DNA of 64,000 nucleotides from Octopus sinensis (lineage: Eukaryota), in contig NC_043008.1 of the NCBI RefSeq assembly GCF_006345805.1, positions 23,312,001 to 23,376,000 of the forward strand. The letters are read 5' to 3'. A program made the position numbers and the translations under genes. The notes beneath the pieces were generated by a model, which had not been told where the DNA came from, did not search any database, and worked only from the letters and a program-made list of their open reading frames with translations. Shown here in pieces: positions 35,076 to 48,560 of the stretch (its first letter is position 1; every line of letters begins with the position of its first letter).

Positions 35076-37680
35076 CTGTCATCATCATCATCATCATCAT
35101 TTAGCGTCCGTTTTCCATGCTAGCATGGGTTGGACGGTTCAACTGGGGTCTGTGAAGCCAGAAGGCTGCATCAGGCCCAGTCTGATCTGGCAGTGTTTCT
35201 ACGGCTGGATGCCCTTCCTAATGCTAACCACTCCGCGAGTGTAGTGGGTGCTTTTTACGTGCCACCCGCACAGGCACCAGACGGTATTGGCAAACGGCCA
35301 CGAACGGATGGTGCTTTTACGTGCCACCGGCACGGGGGCCAGGCGAGGCTGGCAGCGGACACGAATGGATGATGCTTTTACGTGCCACCGGCACAGAGGC
35401 CAGTCGGGGTGGTGCTGGCAACGGCCACGAACGGATGGTGCTTTTTACATCCCACCGGCACGAGGGCCAGGCGAGGCTGGCAGTGGCCACGAACGGATGG
35501 TGCTTTTATGTGCCACCGGTATGGGGGCCAGGCGAGGCTGGCAATGGACACGAACGGATGGTGCTTTTATGTGCCACCGGCACGGAGGCCAGTCGGGGCG
35601 GTACTGGCAATGGCCACAATCGGATGGTTCGCTTACTTGTCACCGGCACTGGTATCACAGCCGCAATTTCCATTGATGTTGATCGACTTCGATTTTGGTT
35701 CTGCTTTCTGATTTGATTTTGATTTTGATTTTGATTTTTTGATTTTTTAATTTTTTTGATTTTCACTTGCCTCAACGGGTCTTCGCAAGTGGAGTTTTGT
35801 GTCCCAAGAAGGAAAGGTATGTATAAGTCAACTGGCTACATACCAGGTAGAGGCCACGGGTTATGGCCTCACTAGTCTTGCCGGGTCTTCTCACGCACAG
35901 CATACTTCCATAGGTCTCGGTCTCTAGTCATTTCCTTGGTGAGACCTAAAGTTCGAAGTTCGTGCTTCACAACCTCGTCCCAGGTTTTCCTGGGTCTACC
36001 TCTTCCACAGGTTCCCTCAACTGCTAGGGTGTAGCACTTTTGCACACAGCTATCTTCAGCCATTCTTGTCACATGACCATACCGGCGCAGACGTCTCTCT
36101 TGCACACCACAACTGATGCTTCTTAGGTTCAACTTTTCTCTCAAGGTACTTACACTCTGTCGATTATGAACACTGACATTACACATCCATCAGAGCATAC
36201 TGGCTTCATTTCTTGCAAGCTTACGCATATCCTCAGCAGTCACGGCCCATGTTTCACTACCATGTAGCATGGCTGTACGTACACATGCATCATACAGTCT
36301 GCCTTTTACTCTGAGCGAGAGGCCTTTTGTCACCAGCAGGGGTAAGAGCTCTCTAAACTTTGCCCAGGCTATTCTTACTCTAGCAGTTACACTTTTAGCA
36401 CACCCACCCCCGCTACTGACTTGGTCACCTAGGTAGCGGAAGCTATCAACTACTTCTAGTTTGTCTCCCTGGAACGTGGTAGAAGTTGGTCTCTGCACAT
36501 TTCCAGTGTTTATTGCTCCTGAGCATCTGCCACAGACAAAAACTATTTTCCTAGTTAGCCTTCCTTTGACATTGCTGCACCTCTTATGTGTCCATAGCTT
36601 ACACCTGGTGCACCTTATAGAGTTTCTACCTACACCTTTTTACAGATCGAGCAGGGCCATCTACCTGAAGTTGTTTGTGATTGGTCCACCTTCCTACTTA
36701 TTAGGACTTTGGTTTTGGCTAGGTTGGTTCTAAGGCCCTTCGATTCTAATCCTTGATTCCACACCTGAAACTTCTCCTCCAGTTCTGATAGTGACTCAGC
36801 AATTAGAACAAGGTCATCAGCATAGAGGAGCTCCCAGGGGCATTCTGTCTTGAATTCCTCCGTTATTGCCTGGAGGACTATGATAAATAGGAGGGGACTG
36901 AGGACTGAACCTTGGTGGACCCCAACCTCTACCCGGAATTCTTCACTGTACTCGTTGCCAACCCTCACCTTACTAGCAGCGTCTCTGTACATGGCTCGCA
37001 CAGCTCTCACTAACCATTCATCTATCCCTAGTTTCCTCATTGACCACCAGATAAGGGATCGGGGGACCCTGTCAAAGGCTTTCTCCATGTCAACAAAAGC
37101 CAGGTACAGGGGCTTATCTTTGGCTAGGTAGTAGTACTTTTTCCTGGCACGAACCCAAACTGCATCTCATCTAAGCTAACTCTCTCTCTAATTAATTGGG
37201 CTATAACCCTCTCCGTAACCTTCATTACCTGATCCAGCAGCTTGATACCCCTGTAGTTATTCGTATCTAGGGCGTCACCTTTACCTTTGTAGCAGTTGAC
37301 TATTATGCTGCTACACCAGTCATTGGGTATGACTCCTTCGTGTATCACCTGGTTAACTATACGGGTGACTAGGCTATAGCCGACACTACCAGATATTTTG
37401 AGCATCTCTGCAGTAATTCCTGATGGGCGTGGAGCTTTCCCTGTTTTCATGCTTGTAATTGCCTTAACTACTAAGGAACTGTTAACTCGGATTGCTGGTC
37501 CCTCTGTTGGGTCGACATTCGGCAGACTCTCTTTATCCCATTCATTTTCCTCATTCAGCAACCTTTCATAGTGGCGTCTCCAAGCCTCTCTCTTTGCATC
37601 CTCATTTAGCGCAAGTGAACCGTCATCCTTGCGAACACATTTCTCTCCTACCACGTCACGATTCTCTCTCACACACTGTC
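35076..37680 (-). mobile_element. Young 5'-truncated RTE LINE, copy 3, several small deletions
   Basis: (CAT)n tail, palindrome at 35115-35128, about 7 minisatellite units at 35245-35660, ORF pieces 35872-36186, 36190-36498, 36630-37088, 37124-37672. A roughly 36-nt deletion at about 37130 relative to copy 2. Confidence 0.95.
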
Positions 37681-37804
37681 TGTCTTTCTGAATTTTATTA
37701 TTGTACCTTAATCAACAACTACATCTGGCAAAGTACTCAACAACTACTCTAGCAAAGCTGTTTGGAAAAAAACTTCACAAATTTTGACAAATAAAAAAAC
37801 ACTG

Positions 37805-38125
37805 CCTTTTCTGCTTTTATTGTTATTACTACAATTGCTGCTGTTGCTTTTGCTGCCGCACTTAATACTGCTGCTACTGATGCTACTATTAGTGCAGCTG
37901 TTGCTTACTGATTCTACTACTATTGCCTTTGCTACTGCTTCTGCTTACTGCTGTGACAATTGCTTTTGCTGCTGCAACTGCCTTTGATTTCTACTTCTAC
38001 TGCTTCAACATCTGCTGCTACTACTGCTATTGCTGCTACTGCTATTGTTACTGCTGCTACCACTTCTGATACTGTAACTGTTGCTATTGCATTACTGCTG
38101 TTGCCACAACTACAACTACCAATAT
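37805..38125. repeat. Degenerate (CTG/CTA/TTG)n trinucleotide tract
   Basis: Direct inspection. Confidence 0.75.
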
Positions 38126-40329
38126 GCTATTATGATTAAAACAACAAAAAGCTATCAATCCTCCAAATCTTGTTATTCCTTTGTTACTCTTCTACTACAT
38201 TGTAGTCACATTATCCTTTTTGGTGATTAGTACATGGTATTGCTCAGTTTGACACCATTGCTTGGCCCTTGGTTCCTAAAGCAGACATGCTCTGTTGCAG
38301 GTATTCAGTCCAGAACTCAAGCTTGACACTGTCATGATTTTTCAATGCAATGCCACCATCTGCTCTTTCTCAAAATGCCAAAAACCACAAGTTAACTCAC
38401 TGGACAATTTTCTCTTTTCACCACCAATATCTGTGAACTTCCAATCTAAATCCCACTCATCATCTGTTATTTACATGCAGTCCACACTTTCTTATTTATC
38501 TCTCAGATACAAATCTCCAACTAGTCTTATCCTAATTTCACCTCAAAAGTGATGTCTTTGCATATGTAGCTTCCACTTTTCTTGTCACTCACTTATCTCA
38601 GCAATAATGACTTTATTTCCTCTGAGGTAAAGACGCTTTTCAACAACTTGAATGTCTCTCTCTTCATAATGACTGCCAGTGTGGTTTCCCCAAGATCCAC
38701 TGATTATCTACTCCTCTCTATCATTCTCCTATAGGCTCTTGCCTCAGAGGAATATGGTAAAAGCAATGTTGTTACTCTCAATACCATCTCCTTTTTCTAC
38801 CTTTTTTACCATTACTATATAATGATCTCTATGCCTTGGAGCTACTGGGCTCATGCCACCTCCATCCAAGCATTGCCATCCCACTTCTTTCTTCTCTCAA
38901 TTCCCTTGTTGTGTCTTTGGAATTCTTTACAGCCCGTATCTTTCCCACAAAGGATAGCAAGTTTCATGAACATTAATGGCGCAACTATTTCATGAGTCTA
39001 GGAGTATTGTAGAAGCTATTCCTCCAGGTCCTGCGAGTAAGAAAAAAAAGGTGTGAACTCAAAACTGACATACTGAAGTAGACAGTATATTTCTTGCTCT
39101 CTATTGTCTCACTACTGCCATTGTTTTTTAAAGATAGAAAGAGAAAGTAGTGATTTTCATCTTTTCTTCTCCTTTGGTGTCACTTCAAAGTCAAAGCTAT
39201 GTTGAAGCAGGACCAGATTTAAACCACGGTTGGGCCCAGGGCACTTCAAGTTCAGTGAGCCCCTTATACACAAGAATTAAAATCTTAGAAAATTATCAAA
39301 TTTAAATCTCAAACCCCATCTATTTCATGTAATTGAATTTGATGAGTTAGCAGAGAAAGTTTAAATAAATGGCTGAAAATGTTGCTTTATAGACACACTC
39401 ATCTGCATTCTGTAGCTAACAGATTATGATCATAGAAAGCTTTTGCTCTGAATTGTCAGAAATTGACAAACTCCCCAGTTCACCTGCATTAAATGATAAC
39501 TCAAAGGTTGGCATCTTAACTTATTTTCATTAATATAGCTTTCAGAAACATTGAAAACAAGGTGTAAACATTCCTCTCTGCTAAAACCCAACTGATGTTG
39601 AATTCAGGAGTAAATTCACTGTGGTAAGGCACTCTCTTATTGAATCAACACTATCAGATAATTGCTATGCTCATCTTTCCACATTCCTAAAGCAGACATG
39701 AATGGCAACTTCTACATATCAAACAGAAATGGATACTGCAAATGTCTGATGCATGACTACAAGACACCTGGTCTTAATTCCATTCCCACTGTACTATAGA
39801 AGTGGGGAGGAACATCTTTAAAGGTTAGTTTTTGCCACCTGATTCTGCAAATATAGGTGCAAAGATCTGTAGCTAACAGCATTGAAGATACTGTTATTGT
39901 GGTCATCTTACTATTTGTCATTTCTACCATATTCAATGGCATGGAAACCCTAAAGGAATCTCTCTTTTATATACTGATGACAATATCTTAATCCAGAGAC
40001 TCCTCCAGAAAATTGGCTTTACCAACTTTCTGAACAAATCTTGCCTGAATCTCAAAATCCTCAAAAAGGCACAGTTGATAGGATACTTTTGGCCAGATAG
40101 TTGTAATGAAAGGCAAAAGACTTACAGAAACCTGTCATTTTGATTTTTTATGATTTAGTTAAAGTCTGTGACAGTGCAAAGAAACCCATATTGTGAGAAA
40201 TACTTTATAGATTTGGCTCTCTAGATCATCAGCTAAATGGTTCAGACTCTTTACATTAATCAATATGTGTGTGTATGTGTGTGTGGGGAATTGTACTGTT
40301 TAGAAATAGAATCTGAGTTGTAAGTGCCT

Positions 40330-40862
40330 TGGCCTATGCCAGGGGTGTAACCAGCCCATTTATGCATATCCTTTCCTTCATTGGACACTAAACTCTGCTT
40401 GCAAAGACCTGTTGAGGCAAGTGAAATCGAAATCAAATCAAATTCGATGACTGGCACCTGTGCCAGTGGAGTGCTAAGAGCACCATCCAAACATGATCAT
40501 TGCCAGAGCAGCTGACTGGCTTCCATGCTAGTGACACATAAAAATGCCAGTGGCACGTGAAAAAGCATTCAAGCAAGGTCATTGCCAGTGCCGCTGGACT
40601 GGCTCCTGTGCAGGTGACATGTAAAAAACACCATTTGAGCATGGCCGTTGCCAGTACTGCCTGACTGACCTTCGTGTCAGTGGCACATAAAAGCACCCAC
40701 TACACTCTTGGAGTAGTTGGCGTTAGGAAGGGCATCCAGCTGTAGAAACTCTGCCAGATCAGATTGGAGCCTGGTGCAGCCATCTGGTTCGTCAGTCCTC
40801 TGTGAAATTGTCCAACCCATGCTAGCATGGAAAGCAGATGTTATATGATGATGATGGTGATG
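40330..40862 (+). mobile_element. RTE 3'-UTR-only insertion
   Basis: GAGGCAAGTGAAATCGAAATC, degenerate ~61-bp units, palindrome at 40817-40830, (GAT)n tail. Confidence 0.85.
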
Positions 40863-40946
40863 TTTCTTAAATACCTACATAGTGTCATATTTGTTGAGAA
40901 AGGAAATGCAGTTGTGTGATGTTAATATCTTTTTATTTTGCTATTA

Positions 40947-42163
40947 CAAGGGTCAACTGGTAAGTTCATTGGTTGATCAAGAAACTTTCATGGAATGTGA
41001 CCAAATGAGGTTTATTTTTCAACATAATCCCCCACTGTGACCACACACTTCTTCCATTGGTATTGCAGTGCTTGGATCTCATTGTTGAAGAATTTTTCAT
41101 CCTGTCGGTCACAAAAATTAGAATGTCATCATCACTGTGATACTGGATCCCAGCCAAATATTTCTTTCCTGTTGGGGAAGAGATGGTAGTTGATGGAGCC
41201 AAATCAGGAGAATAGGGAGGGTGATCAACCAGTCCAAAGCCTCGGTCATGCACAACAGTCATTGAAAGGAAGTATTTGTGTGCTGGAGCATTGTCCTGAT
41301 GAAACAAGACCCCTTTCATCAGTTTTTCCTGGGTGTTTGATCTTGAGTGCCTTTTGTAATTACCTCAGCAAGTTGGCATAGTACTCTCCATTGATGGTGT
41401 GACCCTTTTGAAAATAGGCAATAAATACATTGCCTTTTGTATTAAAAAAAACTGAGGCCATCACCTTCCCTGCAGATGAAATGAACATGGTTTTCTTTAG
41501 AGCAATGGAGAAGTGTTTCTACTGCATGTATTGTCTCTGGCTCAAGGTGATGAAGCTTAGGCAACATTCAAGGAAATCAGTTGGATCTGCCTGAAACAAT
41601 GTTAGATTTTCTCATGATGTGATCATTCTGGTGCACTTTTGAACAGGTATCAGAAGACTTGACACCCACCAAGCAGAAACCTCCATCATATTAAGTTTAT
41701 TGTGCAAAGTATTCTCAACTCCCTTGTGAGGTATGCTAATAGCATTGACTATTTGATTTATAGTCAATTGCCTGTTGTTCATCATCATGTGGTGAACAGG
41801 ATTAATGTTTTCCTCAGTGGTTGCAGTTCTAGGATGTCCAGACCTTGGGTCATCTTCAACACTCTCTCTTCCTCTCCTAAATTCAGTTGCCCCCTTTTGC
41901 ACTGTTGATAAAGCTGGAGAGTTATCTCCAAATGTAGCAACTATGTCAGCATGAATGTCCCTAGATGCTAAACCCTTTTCCTGCAGGTACTTGTCAATTT
42001 TGTCAATTTTCAAGAGATGTCATTACTTGTTACTTTTTAAGTTTTCTTTAAACAATTAGATGCTGGTTACCTGGAAAGAAATAATGCAGCTATTAATAAG
42101 TAGAGTTAAAATTAATGCATCACTCCTTTATAGTCAGCCTATGAACTTTTCAGTTGAGCCTTG
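40947..42163 (-). mobile_element. Mariner DNA transposon, decayed, full length (same family as 8725-9953)
   Basis: Imperfect TIRs CAAGGGTCAACTGGTAAGTTCAT / ATGAACTTTTCAGTTGAGCCTTG with TA at both ends. ORFs 41612-42013 (EFRRGRESVEDDPRSGHP) and 40966-41319 (FHQDNAPAH...HPPYSPDLAPS). Confidence 0.9.
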
Positions 42164-42354
42164 TAATAACATATGAGAAATGATTATAGTTACAACTAGG
42201 TATGAAACCTTGGTGATAGACTTTGCTGATCAATAGATTACTGACAGTATTGTGCTCATTTGGATATTGTTCTTTTAATTATGTACAAAAAGTATTTTCC
42301 TAGCTTGTTTCATTGAATTAACCTTTGTATTTAACAGTTGTTTATTATATCATC

Positions 42355-42450
42355 TCAATTAGCATACCTCATGAAAGAGTTGAGAATACTTTGCACAATG
42401 AACTTGGTATGATGAAGGTTTCTTCTCAATGGGTGCCAATTCTTCTGACA
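42355..42450 (+). mobile_element. Short mariner fragment inverted relative to the neighbouring element
   Basis: ATTAGCATACCTCATGAAAGAGTTGAGAATACTTTGCACAATGAACTTGG is the diverged reverse complement of about 41655-41745. Confidence 0.75.
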
Positions 42451-42813
42451 GATATCCTGTCAGAATTTGAATACAAAATACAGAGAAATTAAACTAAGGT
42501 CATTTATTTATATGAAATACATTTCACCTGGCATTCTACCATCTCAGCTATCTTCACTGCTCATTTTTATTTAAATCTTTATAATCGATGATTTCAAATT
42601 TTTGATGTTTAATGTTTTTTTTTTCATAGAAACAGAAAAAAAAATCTCTGAATAAATTTCATGAGTATTTTTAGTATATTCATTATTACAATTACTATAT
42701 TATTAAAACTATATTCACTACCCTTTACACATTAATTCCTAAAAAAAGCAAAAATGAAAAGTAAATAATTTTAAGTTCCTTTCATATCTATTAAGCATCT
42801 GTCTCTATTTCAG

Positions 42814-42999
42814 CTTCATGAGTCTTTGGCTCAATTAATTATTGAAAACTTGACAATAGGAAGGTGGCTTTTGAAATTTGACACAACTGTTTCTAGCAAT
42901 GGTATAGCCTATTGTGATATTATGCATTTGAAATGCTTTGTTCAAATCTATAAAGAAGCAATTCGATATGGAGACAAATGGACCCATAAATGGGCTCAT
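42814..42999 (+). CDS. IQCH: IQCH exon (LHESLAQLIIENLTIGRWLLKFDTTVSSNGIAYCDIMHLKCFVQIYKEAIRYGDKWTHKWAH)
   Basis: TTTCAG acceptor, GTGAGT donor, 186 nt (phase 0 to 0); RWL.K.D....G.AYCD and RYG..W..KWA motifs. Confidence 0.92.
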
Positions 43000-43120
43000 G
43001 TGAGTTACACATTGCATTATTTTTTGATATTGGTTTTATATTGAATTTTTGAAGCTTTAGCATAAGCATTATATGTACATGTAAACTTTTTTTTATTAAA
43101 CCTTACTTTTCTTTTAAAAG

Positions 43121-43241
43121 GAATCTTCTTTTAATATACTTCTCAATGAACTTCCTGAGTATCTCAAACACTATGCAAATCCAGTAAATAAGTCCAGATA
43201 TTGTGCCTGGGAAATATATAAAAAAGCTTTTCTTTTAAGAG
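43121..43241 (+). CDS. IQCH: IQCH exon (ESSFNILLNELPEYLKHYANPVNKSRYCAWEIYKKAFLLR-G)
   Basis: Polypyrimidine tract + AAAG acceptor, GTAATG donor, 121 nt (phase 0 to 1); EL...L..HA.PVN motif. Confidence 0.88.
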
Positions 43242-44824
43242 GTAATGTTATGATATATTTGTAAACTTATGGTCTTCCTTTTACATTTCATTTCTGAATT
43301 TGTAAAAAAAATAAGCTATCCAGTTACCATGATAAAAATAGTTTGAAATGCCATTGAATATGGTAGAAATGACAAATAGTAATATTTTTGGCAGTTAGTT
43401 GAACCTGTACATATTTCTATCAAGAGAAAGAACAACTGTTACTCCTAAAGAACTTTGGTGTCAATTGACCTGTTGATGTAATACAATCAATTGGTCACTC
43501 AAGTGAATTGACACAAGTTTTATATTTTGGAATTATACATTCCATGATGCAGTTTGTTTTCTCTGTCACAAAATTAATGTGTCTATATTTTGAATGAATA
43601 ATTTAGTATCATAAAAAAAGTATTAAGTAACAAAAGTCAGATCAGTTCGTTTCTGGTTTTGAATATATTAAATATTTCTTCTATTTGAGCTTGTGAAAAT
43701 AGCATTAGTTGCATATGGGAATATTTTCTGTTTGTAGATCATCAACAAATATATTGAAATGGCTATTTGCAAAGTTTCAAGGGAAGATGCCATATGAGAA
43801 ATGACAAATTTCAAGAAATCAAGTTTCTTGAAATTTGACTCATGATCCCACATATCAGTAGTATGGATAATATGTTGTTGCTGTTGATTAGCCTCTGTCT
43901 ATTTGGTTCTGGTAACCGCATATTTTAGAGTGAGTGATCTATTACATATGTAATTCAGTGGGTTGTGATAGAGCAAGCATGTTTAGAGAAGTAGATACTA
44001 TTGACAAAAGGTAGAAGGAATAGACTGAGGACACATATCACACTGGGTTGCCGTTGTTAGCCTCAAATCAGATCTGATTGAACAGATTTTTTATCAAATT
44101 CATTCCCTCCCTGGTTATTTCAGCTTTTTTAGACATGATGCCCCCAGAACTACCTTATTTGATGTGCTTTTCCTTTTTGAAGAATGTGATTTGAGACTCA
44201 ATAGGTTGCTATTTCTAGCAGACAGAATGACCTAGTGGAAGGTCTCTTGTTAGACTGATTGTGGTATTAGGTTAGCATGTTAGGTAGAAAGTTTTGCACT
44301 GGATACCTTCTAATATGCACTGGGTGAAGAATTGGGAGCAAGACTAAATTTCTATTTCTTCTAGATTTAAAATATTTAGAAAGTGGTCTAAAACATTTTC
44401 TTTCTTTGTGTGTTTTCACAAAAGAAACCTAATATTTAATTACACTTTATTTTAGTAGAGATTTTGAAGATTTTAGCCAGGTAGTGGAATGATGGTGTAA
44501 TTCTATTACCTGAAGAGGACAAATGCTTGGGATTGAAGTTCTTAAATACGACAAAAATGTAATATCTATGCTTGTTTGATTCATAGTGGAAAGGACTTTA
44601 TAAACTTCTATAAAGTTTGTTATGTAAGCAGCCAGCCAATTGCTTGTTGATGTACTTCATATATATCAATAAGCACAAATAAGAAAAAAAATGAGGTTGT
44701 AGATATTTATACATTTCCTTGAGAGATTTAGTAACTTAATACTGGAAATCAAAGCAGGTAATAAATTTGGTTTCAGATAATTTTGTTTCTGTATATTTCT
44801 TCAATTAAATGTTCACCATTTCAG

Positions 44825-45099
44825 GAGGAATTATTGAAGCATATCCTCCCAGTGATTTCGTCACAGCAGTACAAGTAGATCTTCTGATTGCACCAAATGG
44901 AGAAACCCAAATACTGTGTACTGGAGATCAAATTATATCTCAAAACCCTTTTGATCCTTGGGGTTTATCTGTTCCACAGTGTTCAATTGAACCACCAAGA
45001 ATCAATTGTGCTTGTTTCAAAATAGCCAATTCATGCAAAGTCAGGGGAATCTTAGGATATGTAACTGTAATTTTTGCTACATTCATCTGTGAACAAACG
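44825..45099 (+). CDS. IQCH: IQCH exon (G-GIIEAYPPSDFVTAVQVDLLIAPNGETQILCTGDQ...GILGYVTVIFATFICEQT)
   Basis: TTTCAG acceptor, GTAAGA donor, 275 nt (phase 1 to 0); GG.IEA.PP.D.VT...VD.LI.PNG......TGDQ is a conserved IQCH block. Confidence 0.93.
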
Positions 45100-45925
45100 G
45101 TAAGATTTATTCTTTTACTGAATATTAAGATTTTGAAGTGGAATATAAATCATAAATGTACAATGAATATGAGAGCTTTTGTTTGATTGGCAGAGAGAAA
45201 GAATGCATGTTCCAATAATTTGGCAAACACTTTTATAAAAGTTTTGTATCTGCATTCGCAGTTTGCTTAAAATATTTATTTTGTATATTTATCTGAATGA
45301 GCCCTAGACTAAATATGTTGTAGTACTAAGTTTCATACATCTCATAGCTCAGTTTAAATTATTCTAGGATAGACATTGCCATTCATCCCTTCAGGCTTTA
45401 TAAAATAAGTACTGGTAATGCACATAGTTCAGTGATAATGAATAGATACCTTAGAGCTAAATTTACATGTTTCAGCCATTGTATTATGACAATTGTAAGC
45501 AATACATCAGTACAATATGTACAGTTGTAACACAAAAAATGAAAAAAAAAAAACTATGAATATGTGTTCTGTAGTACATTATAGAAATAAAACAAAACTG
45601 TTAACACACCAATAATTTTTTTGTGTGATGTAGTGACCTAGAAACATGTTAAGTGTGCAAGTTGGTCTATCCAGTATATTTTGACCCTTAATATTGGTGG
45701 ATTTATAATCAGTGCGTTTGCGGACACATACTAAAAGTGCACAATTGCTGATGACAATTCCAACAAGATCTGAAAGAAGCATACATTTGTTCCCTCTTTC
45801 TCTGTCCGCACACAGAAAGATTGTTTACAATCAGTGTAAAACACATTGTTGGCTAAAAAACATGGAGGTATGTTCAACAGTACTAATAGCAGTGTGCGTG
45901 TGTGTGTGCGTATTATATTATATAT

Positions 45926-47915
45926 ATACTAGCAGTATCGCCCGGCGTTGCTCGGGTTTGTAAGGGAAATAACTATATAAGCATTTTTAGAGAGTTATAG
46001 CAAAAAGATAGCAAAAAAAATGCATTAAAAATGGAATAAAAAATGATGGTATTTTTTTTTTTAAATTGTTGACTCATCGTAGACATTTTTAGAGAGTTAC
46101 TTCCCTTATATAATAGCGAAAAAATGCATTAAAATGGAAAAAATGATGGTAAATTTTTTTTAAATCATAGACTCATTGTAGACACGCGCTAATACCCAGA
46201 AGGGCTCGATATGAATCACGACTATAAGATACCCGGTTTTGGTTAAACTGCACTGCAAAATGTGGGAGTAGTTAGGAATCTAAATCGTAGGAGACAGACA
46301 CACAACTTCACTTTTATATATAACTAGCAGTATCGCCCGGCGTTGCTCGGGTTTGTAAAGGAAATAACTATATAAGCATTTTTAGAGAGTTACTTCCCTT
46401 ATAGATGCCAATTCGGGCTTTCTTAGCCATTTCTGTTTTGGTGTCTTCAAGCCATGAAGTCGTTGTTCTAAAAGAACGCTGGTCTCCTTGACAACGCTTT
46501 ACGACGTTGATTTCCTTACACTCCCTTCCCCACAGCTTCACGAGGGAGGGAAGAAGGGGGAGAAGCAAACAGGTACAGGTGTGACCATGGACGCCAACTC
46601 CGCCGCCATCGACACACGAAAAAGGATGTTAAATTATTTTTAAAATCGTAGACTCATCGTAGACGCGCGCTAATACTCAGACGGGCTCGATATGAATCAC
46701 GACTATAAGATACCCGAATTTGGTTAAACTGCACCGCAAAATGTGGGAGTAGTTAGGAATCTAAATCGAAGGGGACAGACACTCACACAACTACAGTTTT
46801 ATATATATAGATATAAAGATTTGTGCAACAACTAAAACATTCGGTTGTGCAAATTGGTTGCACAGGAAACCTGCCCTGTGTGGCGGTTTTTACCAATTTT
46901 GTGGATCTGTTTCAGCTTTTTTAGCGATTTCTGTTTTGGCGACTTCAAGCCATGAAGTCGTTATTCTAAAAGAACGCTGGTCTCCTTGACAACGCTTCAC
47001 GAGGGAGGGAAGAAGGGGAGGAGCTACACAGGTGCAGGTGCGAGCATGAACGCCAACGCCGCCACCGACACACGAAAAAATTGGAAGAACCCAGACGACA
47101 GCTTCAGCCACCACCACCACCACCACCACCACCACCACCACCACCTCGACCAACACCATCACCACCATCACCACTACCACCATGACCACCACCACCACTA
47201 CGCCCATGACCATCACCACCACCATCACGACCACCACGACCACCACGACCACCACCATCATCACCACGACCACCACGACCACCATCATCACCACCCCCAC
47301 CACCACCAACAACAACAACAACACCACCACCACCACAAACACGACGACCACCACGACCACCATCACCACTACCAGCACCACCGCCACCACCGGGATAATA
47401 TTTTTTAAGTAAAAGTTGTGCAACAACTGTAACATTCGGTTGTGCAAATTCTTTGCACGGGAAACCTTCCCTGTGTGGCGTGTTTCCCGATTTTGTAGAA
47501 TTTGCTTTTGGGCTTTCTTAGCCATTTCTGTTTTGGTGTCTTCAAGCCATGAAGTCGTTGTTCTAAAAGAACGCTGGTCTCCTTGACAACGCTTTACGAC
47601 GTTGATTTCCTTACACTCCCTTCCCCACAGCTTCACGAGGGAGGGAAGAAGAGGGATAAGCAATACAGGTGCAGGTGTGAGCATGGACGCCAACTCCGCC
47701 GCCTTCCCTTTATTTAAAAAATATGCGTTAAAATGGAAAAAAATTATGGTAAATTATTTTTTAAATTGTAGACTCATCGTAGACATGCGCTAATACCTAG
47801 ACAGGCTCGATATGAATCACGACTATAAGATACCCGAATTTGGTTAAACTGCACCGCAAAATGTGGGAGTACTTAGGAATCTAAATCGTAGGAGACAGAC
47901 ACACACACAACTTCA

Positions 47916-47925
<10 letters not shown>
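45926..47925 (-). mobile_element. Tandem head-to-tail array of non-autonomous Helitron-like elements
   Basis: On the minus strand the 3' end reads CCCGAGCAACGCCGGG (hairpin)-CGATACTG-CTAG at about 45930 and 46324. A ~150-bp 5' module ending in TATATAAAA...GTCTGTC occurs three times (46170-46320, 46640-46805, 47770-47920). Internal ~200-bp module occurs three times. No Rep/helicase. Confidence 0.7.
47108..47390. repeat. Compound (CAC/CAT/GAC/CAA)n trinucleotide tract inside the Helitron-like array
   Basis: Direct inspection; gives poly-His/Thr/Val ORFs. Confidence 0.9.
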
Positions 47926-47978
<53 letters not shown>

Positions 47979-47994
47979 TTATATATATATATTA

Positions 47995-48130
47995 TTTATT
48001 CTTTTATTCTTTGTAAGCCTAGTATTTATTCTATTGGTCTCTTTTGTTGAACTGCTAAATTACAGAGATGTAACCACACCAACATTGGTTGTCATATGAT
48101 GGTGGGGGGGACAAACACAAACACAGAAAC

Positions 48131-48169
<39 letters not shown>

Positions 48170-48560
48170 TCAGGGTTCTTTCAGTTTCTGTCTACCAAAT
48201 CCACTTGAGGCTATAGAAGAAACTTTCCCATGATGCTGCACATAAGACTGAACCTGGAACCATGTGTTTGGAAAGCAAGCTTCTTACCAAGTCATGTCTG
48301 TGCCTATAATATATATGTATATTCTTTTATTCTTTCACTTGTTTCAGTCGTTTGATTGTGGCCATATTGGAGCACTGCCTTGAAGGGTTTAAGTCTAACA
48401 AATCGGTCCCAAGAATTATGTTTTACAGCCTAGTACTTATTCTATCGGTCTCTTTTTGCAGAATCACTAAGTTATGGGGGACGTAAACACCAACACCAGT
48501 TGTCAAGCAGTGATGAGGGGGATAAACACAGATACAATAACACACACACATAGATATATA
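47995..48560 (-). mobile_element. Cluster of diverged tRNA-derived SINE pieces
   Basis: Reverse complement of SINE blocks (CTTTCAGTTTCTGTCTACCAAATCCAC, GAACCTGGAACCATGTG, GGAGCACTGCC, CCTAGTACTTATTCTATCGGTCTC). Confidence 0.75.

Noticed and set aside
38150-40250. Additional old LINE fragments (RTE/BovB-like) on both strands
   Set aside because: Weak RT/EN echoes (e.g. KGTVDRILLAR at about 40060) but too decayed to give boundaries or a family.
46890-47693. 267-aa Val-rich ORF and the opposite-strand His-rich ORF
   Set aside because: Both are readings of the (CAC)n compound microsatellite plus duplicated non-coding modules; no splice or domain support.
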